This document shows, piece by piece, positions 30,146-32,000 of a stretch of 32,000 nt of DNA (position 1 is the stretch's first letter; every line of letters begins with the position of its first letter). The notes under the pieces are model-generated. The model ran no database searches. It was given only the letters and a program-made list of their open reading frames with translations, and was not told the origin of the DNA. Source of the DNA: a cyanobacterium endosymbiont of Braarudosphaera bigelowii (lineage in GTDB: Bacteria; Cyanobacteriota; Cyanobacteriia; Cyanobacteriales; Microcystaceae); the NCBI RefSeq assembly GCF_020885515.1, contig NZ_AP024987.1:90001-122000 (forward strand), read 5' to 3'. The position numbers and the translations under genes were made by a program.

Positions 30146-30250
30146 AGTTTGTTGTCAGTATCGGGTAGATGCTTGTCCGAAGTTAATATTGGCCAACTGC
30201 TCTCCGAAGTTTTGTCTCTCTACAATTCTAAGATTAAGGAGAACATCCCC
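30146..30250 (+). promoter_or_regulatory. conserved rbp-type 5' leader, downstream copy
   Basis: It is homologous to 29179-29279 and locally richer in G+C than the flanks. It contains the direct repeat TCCGAAGTT at 30176-30184 and 30203-30211, plus the palindrome TTGGCCAA. A possible promoter is TTGCTC (30081-30086), an 18-nt spacer, then TAAGAT (30105-30110). Confidence 0.55.
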
Positions 30251-30496
30251 ATGTCAATTTATGTTGGCAATCTTTCCTTCAAGGCAACAGAAGCAGATGT
30301 TACTAATGTCTTTAAAGAATATGGTGAAGTTAAAAAAGTCTATCTTCCTTCTGATCGAGAGACTGGAAAAATGCGAGGTTTCGGTTTTGTAGATATGGAG
30401 ACAGAAAACCAAGAAGCTACTGCGATTGATGAGCTGAACGGAACAGAATGGATGGGGAGAATATTAAAAGTTAATAAAGCAAAACCCCGTGAATAG
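30251..30496 (+). CDS. RRM-type RNA-binding protein (cyanobacterial Rbp, short type without a Gly-rich tail)
   Basis: MSIYVGNLSFKATEADV... carries RNP2, and RGFGFVDM is RNP1. An AAGGAG Shine-Dalgarno sequence lies 9 nt upstream of the ATG at 30251. The track ORF starting at 30149 adds a non-homologous extension. Confidence 0.9.
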   Translation: MSIYVGNLSFKATEADVTNVFKEYGEVKKVYLPSDRETGKMRGFGFVDMETENQEATAIDELNGTEWMGRILKVNKAKPRE

Positions 30497-30614
30497 ACTT
30501 CTAGATATTAATTCAACAAAATCAATTAAAATTGTAGACTCTAACTGACTACCCTAGAAACTTTTTGTTTATTTCTATTGGAAAACTGTTTATTACTTAC
30601 ATAGAGGATATATT

Positions 30615-30782
30615 ATGGCTAAACGTCGAAACTTAAAAAAGGAAAAAGCTGAAAGAAATCAAGCATATGCTCGTCAATTCCGTCAGAAGACTTCTCGTTC
30701 TTTTTCTAGAGGAAGATCTTATTCTAACAATCGTAGTGATCAAGAAGATACAAATGATGATGATACTAGCACTAATAACTAA
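30615..30782 (+). CDS. small basic protein, 55 aa (not in the ORF track)
   Basis: My hand translation is MAKRRNLKKEKAERNQAYARQFRQKTSRSFSRGRSYSNNRSDQEDTNDDDTSTNN*. A GAGGA Shine-Dalgarno sequence lies 7 nt upstream. Of the first 35 residues, 13 are K or R, and the tail is acidic. Confidence 0.5.
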   Translation: MAKRRNLKKEKAERNQAYARQFRQKTSRSFSRGRSYSNNRSDQEDTNDDDTSTNN

Positions 30783-30870
30783 AAATATTTGTTTTTGAGC
30801 AATATATGGAAAGTGGGAATTTTAAGATTCCCTTTTCTAATATCCAGTTTTTTAAAAAGTTCTATAATTG

Positions 30871-32000
30871 TTACTTTAATTTTCTCTTCAGCTGATTACT
30901 TAATAGCTCAATTTCAGGTAATTGTAATTGCATAGATAAGATGAAAAATATTCCTAAAATGGAACTACTGGAAATAAATAATTGTAAACATTGTAATCCT
31001 AAATTATCGGCACTATATATGTGGTGCAATAAATAGTTTACTATCCAACCTACCAAAGCTGCTATGAAAGTTATTGCTACAAGGTTTAATATACCTATAA
31101 TCCATTTTTTCACTGGTAATTTATTTAGACGATTGTCTAGAATTACCAAAAATATAAATATAGAAATTAAATTAACTAGAATAGTGGCAAATACCAATCC
31201 AGGTGTACCGAAAGACTGATACAAGAGAAAATCTAATAAGCCATTCAAAAATATATTAAACAGACTAACGCGAAAAGGTGTTCCACCATCGCCTAATGCA
31301 TAGAACACTCTAACTAAGACATCTCTTACTAAGTAAAAAAACATTCCTGTTCCATAAGCAACTAGAACTGGAGCTACTATAATTGCATCATTTACCTCAA
31401 ACGCACCACGTTGATAAATTACACGAATAATATTAGGAGCAAGAGCAATAAAAACTGCTGTTAAAGGCAACATTGTTAAAGCACTTAAAAAAATACCTTG
31501 ACGAATCCTTAACTTTAGCTCGTTCCAATTTTCTGGTGTAGTTAATTGTGAAAAAATTGGCATAAATGGGACTAAAATCATATTAGAAATTATGCCTAAA
31601 GGAGTTAAAACGATAAAATTAGCATATCTCATTGCCGCTGCTGCATCAGGAATAAATGATGCAAAAAATAAGTCGGTATAAACATTAATATGTAACATAC
31701 CTGAAGCAAAGGTAGCTGGAACTAGTATTTTTGTTATATCTTTTAATCCAGGTATATTAAATTGAAAACGTAATCTCAGCCCACCCATCCCTTTTCTCCA
31801 TTGAGCTTGAAGCTGAGCTAACCACTGTAATAAACCACCAAGTAAAGTTCCTCCGGCTAAAACCATACCTCCTAAGTACCAATTTTCTTGTTCATTTATA
31901 TTTTGACCTGTATGCCAAATCAAAGCCCATACTCCAAAGGATATAACCACACTTGAAAACAAAGGACTAATACTAGGCAATAGATACTGATCCGCAGCGT
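30871..32000 (-). CDS. murJ: lipid II flippase MurJ (MviN), C-terminal about 375 aa; the 5' end lies beyond the window
   Basis: The protein is polytopic and carries MurJ motifs (MRYANFIVLTPLGIISNMILVPFMP; RVFYALGDGGTPFRVS). The frame stays open through position 32000, and the TTG at 31980 used by the track is internal. Confidence 0.85.
   Translation of the reverse strand, partial: AADQYLLPSISPLFSSVVISFGVWALIWHTGQNINEQENWYLGGMVLAGGTLLGGLLQWLAQLQAQWRKGMGGLRLRFQFNIPGLKDITKILVPATFASGMLHINVYTDLFFASFIPDAAAAMRYANFIVLTPLGIISNMILVPFMPIFSQLTTPENWNELKLRIRQGIFLSALTMLPLTAVFIALAPNIIRVIYQRGAFEVNDAIIVAPVLVAYGTGMFFYLVRDVLVRVFYALGDGGTPFRVSLFNIFLNGLLDFLLYQSFGTPGLVFATILVNLISIFIFLVILDNRLNKLPVKKWIIGILNLVAITFIAALVGWIVNYLLHHIYSADNLGLQCLQLFISSSSILGIFFILSMQLQLPEIELLSNQLKRKLK

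Noticed and set aside
30129-30392. There is an 87-aa ORF across the rbp leader, and the track ORF 30149-30496 carries a 34-codon N-terminal extension.
   Set aside because: The RRM begins exactly at the ATG at 30251 (MSIYVGNL, the RNP2 motif), which has an AAGGAG Shine-Dalgarno sequence 9 nt upstream. The upstream sequence is the conserved non-coding leader shared with the paralogue, and the 87-aa frame overlaps the RRM gene out of frame.
1-32000. I searched for CRISPR repeats, tRNA or rRNA genes, IS or transposase or integrase genes, toxin-antitoxin pairs, defence-system hallmarks and HIP1 (GCGATCGC) repeats.
   Set aside because: I found none by eye, including no tRNA T-arm-like GGTTCGA contexts outside coding sequence. 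Absence of HIP1 is noted, but it is not diagnostic on its own because some cyanobacterial lineages lack it.

Overview
This is an AT-rich segment (about one-third G+C by eye, not computed) of a cyanobacterial chromosome. Positions 1-12.9 kb are densely packed on the + strand. They carry the distal part of the S10-spc-alpha ribosomal supercluster in the canonical cyanobacterial order: rplP(partial)-rpmC-rpsQ-rplN-rplX-rplE-rpsH-rplF-rplR-rpsE-rplO-secY-adk-infA-rpmJ-rpsM-rpsK-rpoA-rplQ. There is no rpsN or rpmD, as expected for cyanobacteria. This cluster is followed by truA-rplM-rpsI-rpmE, a strong hairpin terminator, and prfA. Positions 13-32 kb are a looser housekeeping region with long AT-rich spacers. 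Its genes include ygfZ-like, an OMP-like hypothetical, tsaE, rnz and an overlapping pair of cyanobacteria-type unknown-function genes (DUF3038-like and DUF4335-like). It also holds tig, a hypothetical, miaB, a SpoIID/LytB protein, a short multi-stop relic of an FAD-oxidoreductase gene and a phosphodiester glycosidase (DUF2233). The remainder holds a DUF4079-like membrane protein, a CRR7-like protein, a membrane-anchored hypothetical, two tandem RRM RNA-binding genes and the 3' part of murJ, which runs off the window. Three short ORFs absent from the ORF track are added: rpmJ and two small unknowns. I saw no rRNA or tRNA genes, CRISPR arrays, transposases, integrases, toxin-antitoxin pairs or defence-system hallmarks, and I cannot support a claim of a novel multi-gene system here. 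The observations most worth follow-up are these: (1) a homologous leader of about 100 nt duplicated in front of both RRM genes; (2) the upstream RRM paralogue has eroded RNP motifs; (3) a perfect 32-bp inverted repeat; (4) a pseudogene relic plus long spacers, suggesting reductive genome evolution. The lineage is probably a genome-reduced or endosymbiotic beta-cyanobacterium, for example UCYN-A, a diatom spheroid body or Richelia. That is inference only and cannot be resolved without a database search.
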